From: a virus
Lineage: Duplodnaviria; Caudoviricetes
Reading direction: 5' to 3' (one strand)
Virus record (IMG/VR): IMGVR_UViG_3300044724_002038
Coordinates: 1-57,287 of that record
DNA: 57,287 bases
Positions 37,805 through 47,791 of this stretch are shown one piece after another; the first letter of the stretch is position 1, and every line of letters begins with the position of its first letter. The translations under genes and the position numbers were made by a program. The notes beneath the pieces were generated by a model, which saw only the letters and a program-made list of their open reading frames with translations, did no database searches and had not been told where the DNA came from.

Positions 37805-38262
37805 TAGTTACCTTTGAGCTTTTCAATCTCTTCTCTGTTTTTCTTAATGAACTCTTCATTCTTCGCAATATGAGCGTCCTGAGCAGCGTCAATCAATCTT
37901 TGAATACGAATGCCCTTCTCTTCTTCTGTATCTTTATGTAGTTCAGAGTCAATAACCTTTTCAAGCTTTAGATACAAAATACGCTCGTTTGGTACATAAC
38001 GCCAGACGTAACCACGATCACTATAGACACCAAATACGGTTTGTCGCATACCAATCTTTAGAATCGTTGCCTCTGCACCATCAAGTAAAACCTTATCACC
38101 CTCATTGAATGCTTTATCAAACTGGAATGCAATACCCTTTGACAAACTTGTTGCAAAGTCCTTGAACATGATAGCGATAATAACAGATACTAGAACTGCT
38201 ATCCATGGCAACATTACTTCTGTTGCTTCCCATGAAAGGTTAGATATCGTTGTTGGTTCCAT
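37804..38262 (-). CDS. MscS-like small membrane protein
   Basis: TM helix then FNEGDKVLLDG.EATILKIGMRQT...VPNE (MscS middle beta-domain pattern). Confidence 0.65.
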   Translation of the reverse strand: MEPTTISNLSWEATEVMLPWIAVLVSVIIAIMFKDFATSLSKGIAFQFDKAFNEGDKVLLDGAEATILKIGMRQTVFGVYSDRGYVWRYVPNERILYLKLEKVIDSELHKDTEEEKGIRIQRLIDAAQDAHIAKNEEFIKKNREEIEKLKGN

Positions 38263-38656
38263 CGTCTTTTCCTTGGATTAGTTTTTGTAAGTCCGCAGTT
38301 GAACCGACAAACAAGGCGTTATTAGTGATATTCTGTGCTGAAGGTTTGTCTTTCTCTTGCGTCAAATCTTTCTTTTTCTTTGCCAACTCAAGAAGATCTT
38401 TATTAGTATCAGTAAGCGTTTTCATTAGATTGGTGGCAACTTCGAATGCTCTTGGTGATTCACTTTGTCTAGCAATCTCCATCACTCTATCTAAGTCACC
38501 CATACCAGAGTCAATAAGATCTCTTAGATTACGTCGCGCATAATCATAATCATCCTCTACATCTTTATTTACATTTTCAGGAGGTAGAACTTCCTGTGGT
38601 GTAGAATCTATCTCTAGGATTTCTCCCATCTTATCATTAAAGCTCATATCTATCAC
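38240..38656 (-). CDS. gp16: Terminase small subunit gp16
   Basis: DYDYARRNL, SPRAFEV, NNALFVGSTADLQKL. Confidence 0.95.
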   Translation of the reverse strand: MIDMSFNDKMGEILEIDSTPQEVLPPENVNKDVEDDYDYARRNLRDLIDSGMGDLDRVMEIARQSESPRAFEVATNLMKTLTDTNKDLLELAKKKKDLTQEKDKPSAQNITNNALFVGSTADLQKLIQGKDDGTNNDI

Positions 38657-39450
38657 CCATAAAAGAATGTGTTTGCAGCAAAGCCATAGTCATCATCTGA
38701 ATCAATCAAGTCACGACTAATCGATGCGGCACTATTTGATGTTGGTAGACCAGCAGCAGTAAGACCAGGAACAATAACAACTCGACTGCTCTTCTCTGTA
38801 TCTGGTGCTGTATTAGCATAAAAGTCTACTTGTGTTCTTGTAATGATACCTTGATTAGTAGTAGGACCGTACAGATAACCTTTCATTGTAAAGGTTAAGT
38901 CCCACATCAAAACACGTCGAGTCATGAAGTCACCATCATAGGCATCCTGTAGACTTACACCGTTTAGAATCGTTGGAATGTCCATTGAGATATCCATATC
39001 AGGCATAATGTTGACTGACATATTCCACTCTGGTTTGAAGTATGGTAGAATCTGCTCTAAGATCTGCGTACCATCATCAGCATTCTTAACCATAATAGAT
39101 AATGTGAAATCAATATTATATGGAACTGGTGTATACTGAGTTCTCAATAAGGTTTTATCTGAAAACACATAAGAATTCTTTTGAGTAGAATTTAACTTTC
39201 GTGTAGGATCATAGCTGATACCAGTCATCTCAAAACCTAAACGTGGGAGCGAGATAGCAATCTCTCTATCTAGGTTAGGGTCAGTATCCAATCGTACTAG
39301 AAACTTTTGTTTTGGCCCATAGGCAATAGGTACAGCAAGAGTTTGTATACGACTGCCACCATTGTTACGCTGAATCGTAAGGTCGTTAAACATACTACCA
39401 AAGACAATAACATACTTACGCATTAGACCATGTGAGAAATATCCAAACAT
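38653..39450 (-). CDS. gp15: Tail sheath stabiliser gp15
   Basis: FGSMFND, VPIAYGPKQKFL, QILEQILPYFKP, KGYLYGP. Confidence 0.95.
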   Translation of the reverse strand: MFGYFSHGLMRKYVIVFGSMFNDLTIQRNNGGSRIQTLAVPIAYGPKQKFLVRLDTDPNLDREIAISLPRLGFEMTGISYDPTRKLNSTQKNSYVFSDKTLLRTQYTPVPYNIDFTLSIMVKNADDGTQILEQILPYFKPEWNMSVNIMPDMDISMDIPTILNGVSLQDAYDGDFMTRRVLMWDLTFTMKGYLYGPTTNQGIITRTQVDFYANTAPDTEKSSRVVIVPGLTAAGLPTSNSAASISRDLIDSDDDYGFAANTFFYG

Positions 39451-40310
39451 TAGAAATTACCCTCCGACCATGGATCTTCTTCAGAGAAGTCAACAATACC
39501 ACCTGATAGAATGTCAGCAGTGAATAGGTTGTTATTGGCTTGTGCATCTGTTGCTTCGACTGTATATTCTTGCATCAAACTACCACCATCTTCTGCGAGC
39601 AATGAACCATCTTCGCCGTCTAGCAATAGTTCATTGTCAAGGATATTCAGAGTGAACTTATCTTCAATCTCATCAATCTCAGTGATACCTGTGTCGATTG
39701 CTTCAGAACTATATTCAAATAACTCACACCGCAAGTCGTATGTCTGGAGTCTACCTGTCTGATAGAACAGTGATTCGTGTTCGACGTGCTTGATTTCAAA
39801 CGTCTTATCTACCATTGGAAAGTAAATCAGATCACCTTCGTTTGGTCTATTAGATGTAATGGAGTATCCATCACCAGTACCAGATTCAAGTACAATTGAC
39901 TCTGTCTCATGGTTGCCAGTTAAAAACTGTCGTGATGGTGCTGCTGTATTGGCATTCTCCATAAGAAGGTTGTAGCCAACTTCTGTCATTAACTTCTCTG
40001 ACCTAATCTGGTCAAAGCGTTTACGAGCAAGTGTAAACGTAATCTCATCACGAATCTGTAAACCAAAGCGTGAAAGCAAATCACCTTCACCTTCAAACCC
40101 TTCAACATTCTTGATATACATCTCAACATCAGCAGCATCGTTGAATGAAGATAATGGGTCTTCACCATACAGATTGTCTCGTGCTACAATGGTACGTGGA
40201 ACATACTTAACATCATGACCATAGATTTTGATAGACTCAATCGTTAGATCTTCTACGAGGTCTTGCTCACGTCCATAATTGAAATGATTGAAATATTTAT
40301 TGACAGCCAT
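39450..40310 (-). CDS. gp14: Neck protein gp14
   Basis: ESIKIYG, RPNEGDLIYFP, FYQTG, CELFEYSSE. Confidence 0.95.
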   Translation of the reverse strand: MAVNKYFNHFNYGREQDLVEDLTIESIKIYGHDVKYVPRTIVARDNLYGEDPLSSFNDAADVEMYIKNVEGFEGEGDLLSRFGLQIRDEITFTLARKRFDQIRSEKLMTEVGYNLLMENANTAAPSRQFLTGNHETESIVLESGTGDGYSITSNRPNEGDLIYFPMVDKTFEIKHVEHESLFYQTGRLQTYDLRCELFEYSSEAIDTGITEIDEIEDKFTLNILDNELLLDGEDGSLLAEDGGSLMQEYTVEATDAQANNNLFTADILSGGIVDFSEEDPWSEGNF

Positions 40311-40314
40311 TTTA

Positions 40315-41058
40315 TTATCCTGTCATATCATGTACAGGTAGACTGTAGCTTGAGATCATTTCTTCTTCTAACTGATTAATTTCTTCTCGTGCTTCACCCA
40401 TAATTCTTGGACCATCGAGCGTGATACCACCAGGAAGCTGTACACCAGCAAACTTTGAAAGGTTCTCACCCCATTGTCTCTTGAACAATGCAGTACCATA
40501 GCGAAGCAACCATCTGTCATTCCATACGTCTGTGTATGTGTCAGGATCTGTTGTTCTATAACCTTCAATAATAATGAACTGACCAACAACAATATCATCC
40601 CAGTCCATACGAATGTATAATCTATTTACATGACGGTTAAAGTCGATTGGTTGCTTGCCAACAAAGATTTCTTCCATGGTAGCAATGTTTGTCATCGCAC
40701 TTACATAACCAGAGTAAGTAGCACTTGAAAATTGATAGAGATCATTTAGATGAATCTGATATCGCACGTTGAATAGACTTGATGCACCAACACCCGTGTC
40801 ATCAATATCGAATACACGGACGATTCCTTGAATGTTCTCAGCAATGGGAATGTATTTGTTGGCAATATCATCAGCCGTAATTTGGTGTGACATATAATCG
40901 TGAATCGTGCCATCATAGTGATAGTCACGATAGTATTGTAATGCTTCGTCAATTCTATCCTCTAACTGCTCATCGTCTACGTTAATGTCGATGACAGGAG
41001 AACCGAGATTGCGAAGACAGTATTGCTTGAATGCTTCTCTTGATGTTGGTTTTGCCAT
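40315..41058 (-). CDS. gp13: Neck protein gp13
   Basis: YCLRNLGSPVIDINVDDEQ, QWGENLSKF.GVQLPGG. Confidence 0.95.
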   Translation of the reverse strand: MAKPTSREAFKQYCLRNLGSPVIDINVDDEQLEDRIDEALQYYRDYHYDGTIHDYMSHQITADDIANKYIPIAENIQGIVRVFDIDDTGVGASSLFNVRYQIHLNDLYQFSSATYSGYVSAMTNIATMEEIFVGKQPIDFNRHVNRLYIRMDWDDIVVGQFIIIEGYRTTDPDTYTDVWNDRWLLRYGTALFKRQWGENLSKFAGVQLPGGITLDGPRIMGEAREEINQLEEEMISSYSLPVHDMTG

Positions 41059-41091
41059 AGTGACCTCTTATACTGGTTGCGTTATATTTAT

Positions 41092-41124
41092 AAAAAAAGG
41101 GGAAGACTAAATCCTCCCCTTTTT
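41092..41124 (-). terminator. Terminator (possibly bidirectional) before gp13
   Basis: AGGGGAGGA-TTTAG-TCTTCCCCT flanked by A- and T-runs. Confidence 0.8.
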
Positions 41125-41147
41125 GAAGTAATATTGAGTGTTAATGT

Positions 41148-44100
41148 TTAGATTTCGTATCTAATAATGACGATACCATTACCACCACTCTGGCCGGAAC
41201 GATTATATTGCTGCCCGCCGGGAGGACCGGGGTTATGCATACCAGCACCACCGCCGCCACCAGTACCACGGGCACCTGGTTGACCATTGTACTGAGGATT
41301 TGCACCATAACCTCCACCACCTTGACCGTGGTCTTGGGGAGCTGGATGTGTTGATTGAGGACCACCTACGCCTCCAAGATACTGACCTCTGGGCCCAGGT
41401 TGGTTAGAACCACCACCGCCGCCACTTGCCCATATACCAGTTGGTCCAACGGCTGTCACTGAATCTCCAGGCACTACACCAGAAAGCAAAGAACCAGGAA
41501 ATTGTGGTAAAGTTGTTCCTTCACCACCGTGACCAAAGCCATTCTGCCCACCGTCAAAACCAGCACTACCGGCACCGCCACCGCCGCCAGCAACGGCAAA
41601 GCCTTGCACATTTGGATCTGGGTAGCTGCCAGGGATGTCAGAGGCACCAAATCCACCAGGATTACCTTGAGATGGTGTTGTTGGTGGAGTATTTCCTGCT
41701 GCTCTAGCAGGGAAGTTTCCACCACTGCCCGTTGTTGAACCATGACCACCACCAGAACCACCTGCAGCGCCTGGTTCAGATTGGCTGTTTGGCTTTCGTC
41801 CCAGTCCACCGCCACCACCACCAGCAGAAGTGATTGTAGCAAATGTTGAAGAAGTTCCAGACCCGCCCGTTGTCATTCCAGGATTGCCGCCATTACCAGC
41901 ATTACCAACTGTAACTGGATATGTTCCAGGTGTAAGAGGGTCGAGATATCCTGTTCTCAAACCACCAGCGCCACCACCGCCACCTAATGACATCCACTGA
42001 CCACCAGCGCCACCACCGCCGCCACCACCGATAACAAGATATTCAATTTGCCCTTGTTGACCAGTCATGGTAAAGGTTCCAGGTGAACCGAAAACATGAT
42101 ATTTATGGGTAGGTGTTTCAGATTCTGTACCACCAGATGCTTCAATACCAGGACCAGTGAAATGTCTGTGTCCAAAAACTTCTAGACCAGCACCTTTAAT
42201 CGATCTACCTCTACCATTAGCACCAGTATCAGCAACATCGTTTCTAATCCACTCACCTTTACTGATTTTTTTGTTTTGGTCTTTCAAACTCCAGACAGAT
42301 GATAGGAACTTATTATCGACTGTATTAGTAGTAACACCACCACTTTCTACTGCTAAACCAACAGCAGATGTTGGTGGAGTGAAGTTACTAGTATATAATG
42401 CTACTCCATCAACGATCCTAAAATCATCAATGTAACCTGCCATGCCATGGTTTGAATAGGGAGATGGTGAATGGGTGGATCCACCTATAACAAAAACATG
42501 ATCAGTACTGGTTTGACTTATTACAAGTGACGAAGAACTTACTGTCATGGTTGCACCTTGTTGTACGCCATCTTTAAAGATATAAAGATTTGTTCCATCT
42601 CTAACGCACGCAACGTGTGTCCAAGTATTAAGTGAAAGTTTAGTGTTGGTTACATCATGACCAACCATAATATATTCTGAACCACCATCTAGACCAATTT
42701 GAAACCTTACTTTGTTGTCTGATGTTGCTAGTCCTAATACGAGACTATCTTTCCCAGATGATCCTCCAATTTCATCATAACTAAAACCAACACTATGTGT
42801 TGTATATTCGGTTAGATAGTACCAGCCTTCAATAGTAAAAGATGAACCTAAGTTAAATTTACCTCCTGGAATATGAATTTCCCTATCTGCATCTTCAAAA
42901 CGTGCGCTAGAAGTCCCAAACTTTTTAACTGAGGTATTTATTCGTGATGAAGTACTGCCATTTTTAGTTATAGCATGATTTCTTGCTTGATCTTCCATGC
43001 TGTCATCATCAAACGGTAGATACAATACTGTTAAGTCATTGACCGTTTCACTCACACTTGTACCTACAGTAGATGTTGGAACAGCGAAATCAGCAGTGTA
43101 TTTTGCGTGACCTGCGAGGATTCTGAGGTCATTAATATATCCATTCAAGCACTGTGAGTCTGAAGCAGGATCAAGACCAATATTGAAGTTTCTAGATGTT
43201 GAAGCAACTGTACCAGAAGCTGACGTTGTTGCCATTAGAAGACCATCAGAGAACATCATGAAAGTATCACCACTTCTTGTGACAGCCACATGTTGCCAAC
43301 CTGTTTTTGCTGCCATTGACATCGTTGATGAATCCACGATATACGAAGACCCGTTACTAGCATGAAATGTAATATTGCTTCCAGGCACATCAAGATGCCA
43401 ATTAGTGTCTCCTGCACCTGAGTCAGACCGCCAACTAGCGATATGATGTACCTGCGAAGTGTTATTTAAGTATACCCATGCTTCGATTGTGAAATCGCCT
43501 GAACCAAAGTTAAAAGCTGTGGAATTAGGAATAGTCAAACCATCACCATTCCCGTCAAATGCTGCACTGTTACTCCCATACTTAGATTGCGCTGATGAAA
43601 TAGCAACACTACCAACAGCAGTCAAAGTATGACTATGTGATGAGTCATCATCTAAATCAGCAGTAAAAGGTAAATAGAGTGATGTAAAATCTGTAGTCGT
43701 ATTCGTTTCGTTTGAACCTATGAGCGTTGCACTAACTGCCTGTGATGGTGGAATGAAGGATTTGGTATACCGTGCTACACCCTTAATAATTCTAAGGTCA
43801 TCAATGTATCCTTGGAAGTATGCACTGTCTTTTCCATTAAACCCGACTGTCAAATCAGAAGTTCCCACATAGAAAGAATCTGAACCAGCATCCTGCGTTG
43901 TGCCATGAGCAACGCCATCCAGGTATCCAGTAATAGTGGTGCCACTTCTAACAATAGCTATGTGGTGCCAAGTATTATTCGTAATATTAGTATTAAACTG
44001 AGCGTTGGTAGCAGTAGAACCATCTGTGGAATATCCCCACGCAAGAACCTGATTGCCGCTGTCTTCTTCAATATAAACTCGAAAACTTCTGTTTGACGAT

Positions 44101-44477
44101 GAGTCATATCTCGCAACAATAGGATGCAGACCAGACCCACTGGAACCAGCATCTGCCGTTTGATAAATCCATGCTTCAATAGTAAAATCACCACTGCCAA
44201 ATTGAAAATCTGCATCGTTGGCGTAAGATACATATTGACTTGTGCCATTCAGTGATAAGCTGTTACCACCAAACTTTGCTTGTGTTGATGAAATTGCTGC
44301 ACTTCCAGAAGCTGTTCCAGAGTGTGCGTTGGTTGAGTCATCGTTTAGATCACTATCGAATGGTAGATAAAGCGATACTGGATCAGAAAGTTCTACCCCA
44401 GCAATAGGTGTTGTTTGTGATCTCGTAACAGCACTGTTAGCAAACCCCCGTCTGTTTTTACCTAAACCTCTAGCCAT
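41148..44477 (-). CDS. Adhesin/fibre: three LamG-like domains + glycine-rich C-terminal domain
   Basis: Three LYLPF...FTIE(A/G)W...W.H.A..R.G...GYI(D/N)D(L/F)RI units; YLVIGGGGGGG...GGNGIVIIRY. Confidence 0.85.
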   Translation of the reverse strand: MARGLGKNRRGFANSAVTRSQTTPIAGVELSDPVSLYLPFDSDLNDDSTNAHSGTASGSAAISSTQAKFGGNSLSLNGTSQYVSYANDADFQFGSGDFTIEAWIYQTADAGSSGSGLHPIVARYDSSSNRSFRVYIEEDSGNQVLAWGYSTDGSTATNAQFNTNITNNTWHHIAIVRSGTTITGYLDGVAHGTTQDAGSDSFYVGTSDLTVGFNGKDSAYFQGYIDDLRIIKGVARYTKSFIPPSQAVSATLIGSNETNTTTDFTSLYLPFTADLDDDSSHSHTLTAVGSVAISSAQSKYGSNSAAFDGNGDGLTIPNSTAFNFGSGDFTIEAWVYLNNTSQVHHIASWRSDSGAGDTNWHLDVPGSNITFHASNGSSYIVDSSTMSMAAKTGWQHVAVTRSGDTFMMFSDGLLMATTSASGTVASTSRNFNIGLDPASDSQCLNGYINDLRILAGHAKYTADFAVPTSTVGTSVSETVNDLTVLYLPFDDDSMEDQARNHAITKNGSTSSRINTSVKKFGTSSARFEDADREIHIPGGKFNLGSSFTIEGWYYLTEYTTHSVGFSYDEIGGSSGKDSLVLGLATSDNKVRFQIGLDGGSEYIMVGHDVTNTKLSLNTWTHVACVRDGTNLYIFKDGVQQGATMTVSSSSLVISQTSTDHVFVIGGSTHSPSPYSNHGMAGYIDDFRIVDGVALYTSNFTPPTSAVGLAVESGGVTTNTVDNKFLSSVWSLKDQNKKISKGEWIRNDVADTGANGRGRSIKGAGLEVFGHRHFTGPGIEASGGTESETPTHKYHVFGSPGTFTMTGQQGQIEYLVIGGGGGGGAGGQWMSLGGGGGAGGLRTGYLDPLTPGTYPVTVGNAGNGGNPGMTTGGSGTSSTFATITSAGGGGGGLGRKPNSQSEPGAAGGSGGGHGSTTGSGGNFPARAAGNTPPTTPSQGNPGGFGASDIPGSYPDPNVQGFAVAGGGGGAGSAGFDGGQNGFGHGGEGTTLPQFPGSLLSGVVPGDSVTAVGPTGIWASGGGGGSNQPGPRGQYLGGVGGPQSTHPAPQDHGQGGGGYGANPQYNGQPGARGTGGGGGAGMHNPGPPGGQQYNRSGQSGGNGIVIIRYEI
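42151..42446. repeat. Homology block copy 1 (LamG end + linker)
   Basis: Shares identical runs with 46792-47075, e.g. CCAGACAGATGATAGGAA, ACATCGTTTCTAATCCA, TCAATGTAACCTGCCAT. Confidence 0.85.
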
Positions 44478-44514
44478 TAATCTGTCCCTCCGATTTTAAT
44501 TTCTTTTATTTATT

Positions 44515-45219
44515 TTATGTCCATTTTGGTCCACGGAACCAACAAACTAATGATCTACGAATGCCTCTAGTCACGGGTTTAACACGGTGGTAGGAAAAGG
44601 ATGGAAAGAACAACGCTGAACCCTTATCTCTGAAATGAGGTAATGGCACTGTCTTTGTTTCAAAGTATCCTTCTCCACCTAAATCTTTATCTTCTTTATC
44701 ATGTCTATTTATACCAGACATAAGTTCAAACTCCCCGCCATCATAGTCTTCTGGGTCACTTAACTGAATGCTGCAACTAATCTTTCGTACAGTACCAGTC
44801 AGAATATGATTGGGGTCAGCGTCTGGATGTAATGTCCTGTCGTTTGTGATTGTGTCTGTATGCCAGTGATAATGATTTTCATCACCATAATAAACAGTAT
44901 ACTGAATTGGTTCAATCGCTGTGATATTATAGTTCCAACCCGAATGTGCGTTGACTTCTGCTAATGGTCCACGCAACATACTGTACAATTCTTCATTATC
45001 GTGCCAAGAAACTTTATTCTTACGAATGGTATGATTAGCCTTTTCGGGGTCTTCAATACCAAATGTCAGTGCTTCCTCTTCTTCTTTCTCTTTGCAAATC
45101 TCACGAATACGCATGATTTGCTCTGGCCAGAATAAACTTTCAAAGTACCAATACCAGTTTTTCTCAAACGTGGTAGTAATGATGTCACCTTCATGACCAA
45201 TTGTATCAGCCATTATCAA
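44515..45219 (-). CDS. 2OG-Fe(II) oxygenase (prolyl-4-hydroxylase/PKHD-like)
   Basis: HWHTD, RKISCSIQLSDPEDYDGGEF, FPSFSYHRVKPVTRGIRRSLVCW. Confidence 0.92.
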   Translation of the reverse strand: MIMADTIGHEGDIITTTFEKNWYWYFESLFWPEQIMRIREICKEKEEEEALTFGIEDPEKANHTIRKNKVSWHDNEELYSMLRGPLAEVNAHSGWNYNITAIEPIQYTVYYGDENHYHWHTDTITNDRTLHPDADPNHILTGTVRKISCSIQLSDPEDYDGGEFELMSGINRHDKEDKDLGGEGYFETKTVPLPHFRDKGSALFFPSFSYHRVKPVTRGIRRSLVCWFRGPKWT

Positions 45220-45898
45220 TCACCTCAAAGCGTAGTTTACGATCATCGTCGCTAATATTCTGTAGGTCTTTGTATACTTCACTCGTACCAATCGGTTCGA
45301 TGAATAGTTTATCACGACGGTCATATGCAAACTGAGCGCATGGACCTTGACGATTTACATAGTGTAGAAATAACTGAACCTGCCAATCATCTGCTTTAGG
45401 TGGTTCAAACTTCTCTCGCCAGTGAGGCACTTCACAACCACGATACATCATAGCACTTAAAGGTGGTACTGATACTGGCATACGAACTGTGATATCGTCA
45501 GGGTCTGCGTACCAGATTGGCCAGTCAAAGTCACCACTCTGACCAAGATTGACTGTCACGCTGATTTCGCAAGATGGTCGGTCTGTATGATAGTGTAACT
45601 CCTCGCCAGGACCATAGACTCGCATGTATGTGTATGTGGGGAGTAGTTTTAGCCCTGTAAGTGCTTCCATCTTAGGAAGACAATCGACCATCAGATATTC
45701 ACACTTCGGTTGACCATACCACGCTTTGGAGTTTAGAGGACACTGAGAATCGTTTAATTCATCCTCAGTGTCCTGTTTTGCTTTTTCCAAATATTCTTCT
45801 GAAATAATCTTTGCTACATCAGCATCAACGAAGTTATCAACGGCAAGATACTTTTTCTTTTGAAAGTAATAAATGCCGGCATTATTTCTCAATTCCAT
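45206..45898 (-). CDS. 2OG-Fe(II) oxygenase-fold protein
   Basis: LLPTYTYMRVY, HTDRPSCEISVT, YRGCEVPHWRE, QLFLHYV. Confidence 0.85.
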   Translation of the reverse strand: MELRNNAGIYYFQKKKYLAVDNFVDADVAKIISEEYLEKAKQDTEDELNDSQCPLNSKAWYGQPKCEYLMVDCLPKMEALTGLKLLPTYTYMRVYGPGEELHYHTDRPSCEISVTVNLGQSGDFDWPIWYADPDDITVRMPVSVPPLSAMMYRGCEVPHWREKFEPPKADDWQVQLFLHYVNRQGPCAQFAYDRRDKLFIEPIGTSEVYKDLQNISDDDRKLRFEVIDNG

Positions 45899-45929
45899 AA
45901 GTCACTCCAAATGTTAAACAATAATCATT

Positions 45930-45958
45930 ATTATATAGTAAGATTATTCAGTTGTCAA
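45930..45958 (-). promoter_or_regulatory. Perfect-consensus sigma70 promoter for oxygenase pair
   Basis: TTGACA-17-TATAAT. Confidence 0.9.
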
Positions 45959-45962
45959 GTAA

Positions 45963-47756
45963 TTAGACTGAATATGTCTGTTGAGAACCAGTGTAATTAA
46001 ATGTGGTTGTTACTTCAGTATCATTATTTCTGATTGTTACCTGACCATTGACTTCAGCAGCAGAACCACCACCCTGTGTATTTGTCGTATCAATTACAGG
46101 CACACCAGTTGCACCACCTACATATCCAGAGCCACCGCCGCCGGCACCAATGTGCTGAGAGCCGTACTCCCCCGGTGCCGGTGCATATCCTCCGCCGCCA
46201 CCGCCATAATAACCACCGCCGCCACCGCCGCCGGCTTCACCAACACTTGATCTACCACCTGTTAGAAATACACCGGCAGTTGTGGGTGTAGGCGCATCAT
46301 TTTCGCCTGCAGAACCACCAGCATTCTGTGTGCCACCACCACCATTATAAGGTGCTAAAGATCCTTGACCATCTTGACCTGTCGCACCGCCCCCAGCACC
46401 ACCATTACCTTTGGCAGCGCCGCCACCACCACCGGCAATAATAATAACATCATCTGAAGGCATAGTGGGAGAAGTATCTGCTGGACTACCATTCTCACTA
46501 TATGGTGATGTAAACACACCAGAAAAACCACCACCTGGAGCTTGATGTGGATGAGTGCCACTGGTTGCACGGCTTCCGCCACCGCCGCCGTATGTTCGAC
46601 CACCCGGAGCAACACTTGGTCCAGGTCTATTACCAGCTTGTCCTACTACGACGTATAATGTATCAGTATCTGGAAAAGAAGTAGTTAATTGAGCATAACC
46701 ACCAGCACCACCATCTGTGGTAAACTCATCTGAATCGCCGCCGCCAGCACCATATGCTGTAATTGTTAAAGGCGTTCCTGGGTTCAATGCTGGACCAGTG
46801 AAGTGTCTATGACCATAAACTTCTAAACCAGCACCTTGAACGACTACGCCAGCAGGATTAGCACCAGAAGTAACATCGTTTCTAATCCATGTACCATCAG
46901 ACATTTTCTCACTTACATCGTCTGAATCCCAGACAGATGATAGGAATTTTTGGTCAACTATTGTATTAGTTACTTCTCCAGTTAAACCAACAGCAGATGT
47001 AGGTGGAGTGAAGGCCTCGGTATATAATGCCGTCCCATTAATGATTCTGAGATCGTCAATGTAACCTGCCATACCAACTGAACCACTACTATCGTGCCCA
47101 GATCCGATTCTCAAAATTGCACTACCACCAGAGGAAGCCTGTGGCGCTGAAACACCAGTTTGTGTAGCAATCAAAGAGCCATCTTTAAACGCTCTAAAGG
47201 TAGAACCTTCTCTGGTAATTGCGTAATGCGTCCAAGTATTAGTTGAAATTGCTAGGGAACTACTACTGAACATTGGCCAATAACCCAAATCGGCAGCACT
47301 GTTCCCACTTCCGTCTTCTAAACCTATAAAGAATTTACCATTACCGCCTTCGTTCAAGTAAAAGAAGAAACCAAAAGTTTCGTTCCCAGCACCAGCAGCA
47401 CCGCCACCAGAAAGTCTGTAATCAAGTGCTACGTTTCTACTACCACCAGAACCATCATCATAGAACCAACCTTCAATAGTAAAGTCGTTAGAACCAAAAT
47501 CAAATTGACCGCCAGAAATTTCAAGATAGTCTGCCGCAGCAGGAATATCTGCACTACCAGCACCATACTTTTTAACCGATGTTGATACTGCAACAGAACC
47601 TGAATTGGTTACGGTATGAGAATTAGTAGAATCATCATTTAAATCAGAATCAAATGGTAAATAAAGATCGATATCAGCACTAAGTGATGTCGTCACGGAC
47701 TTAGTAACACTACTGTTAGCAAAACCTTCTAAATCGTACCCAATTGTATTAGACAT
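45963..47756 (-). CDS. Adhesin/fibre: one LamG-like domain + glycine-rich domain
   Basis: LYLPFDSDLNDDSTN, FTIEGW, GYIDDLRI; AYGAGGG...GGGGGYYGGGGG...GGGGSGY. Confidence 0.85.
   Translation of the reverse strand: MSNTIGYDLEGFANSSVTKSVTTSLSADIDLYLPFDSDLNDDSTNSHTVTNSGSVAVSTSVKKYGAGSADIPAAADYLEISGGQFDFGSNDFTIEGWFYDDGSGGSRNVALDYRLSGGGAAGAGNETFGFFFYLNEGGNGKFFIGLEDGSGNSAADLGYWPMFSSSSLAISTNTWTHYAITREGSTFRAFKDGSLIATQTGVSAPQASSGGSAILRIGSGHDSSGSVGMAGYIDDLRIINGTALYTEAFTPPTSAVGLTGEVTNTIVDQKFLSSVWDSDDVSEKMSDGTWIRNDVTSGANPAGVVVQGAGLEVYGHRHFTGPALNPGTPLTITAYGAGGGDSDEFTTDGGAGGYAQLTTSFPDTDTLYVVVGQAGNRPGPSVAPGGRTYGGGGGSRATSGTHPHQAPGGGFSGVFTSPYSENGSPADTSPTMPSDDVIIIAGGGGGAAKGNGGAGGGATGQDGQGSLAPYNGGGGTQNAGGSAGENDAPTPTTAGVFLTGGRSSVGEAGGGGGGGYYGGGGGGYAPAPGEYGSQHIGAGGGGSGYVGGATGVPVIDTTNTQGGGSAAEVNGQVTIRNNDTEVTTTFNYTGSQQTYSV
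46792..47075. repeat. Homology block copy 2
   Basis: Encodes GMAGYIDD...FTPPTSAVGL...KFLSSVW...WIRNDV...GLEV.GHRHFTGP as in copy 1. Confidence 0.85.
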
Positions 47757-47791
47757 ATTTCGACTCCTTCAAAGAGAATTAAAAGAAAGGA

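Noticed and set aside
42151-47075. DGR template/variable repeat or invertible shufflon
   Set aside because: Differences are not adenine-specific, repeats are direct, and no reverse transcriptase or invertase is in the window
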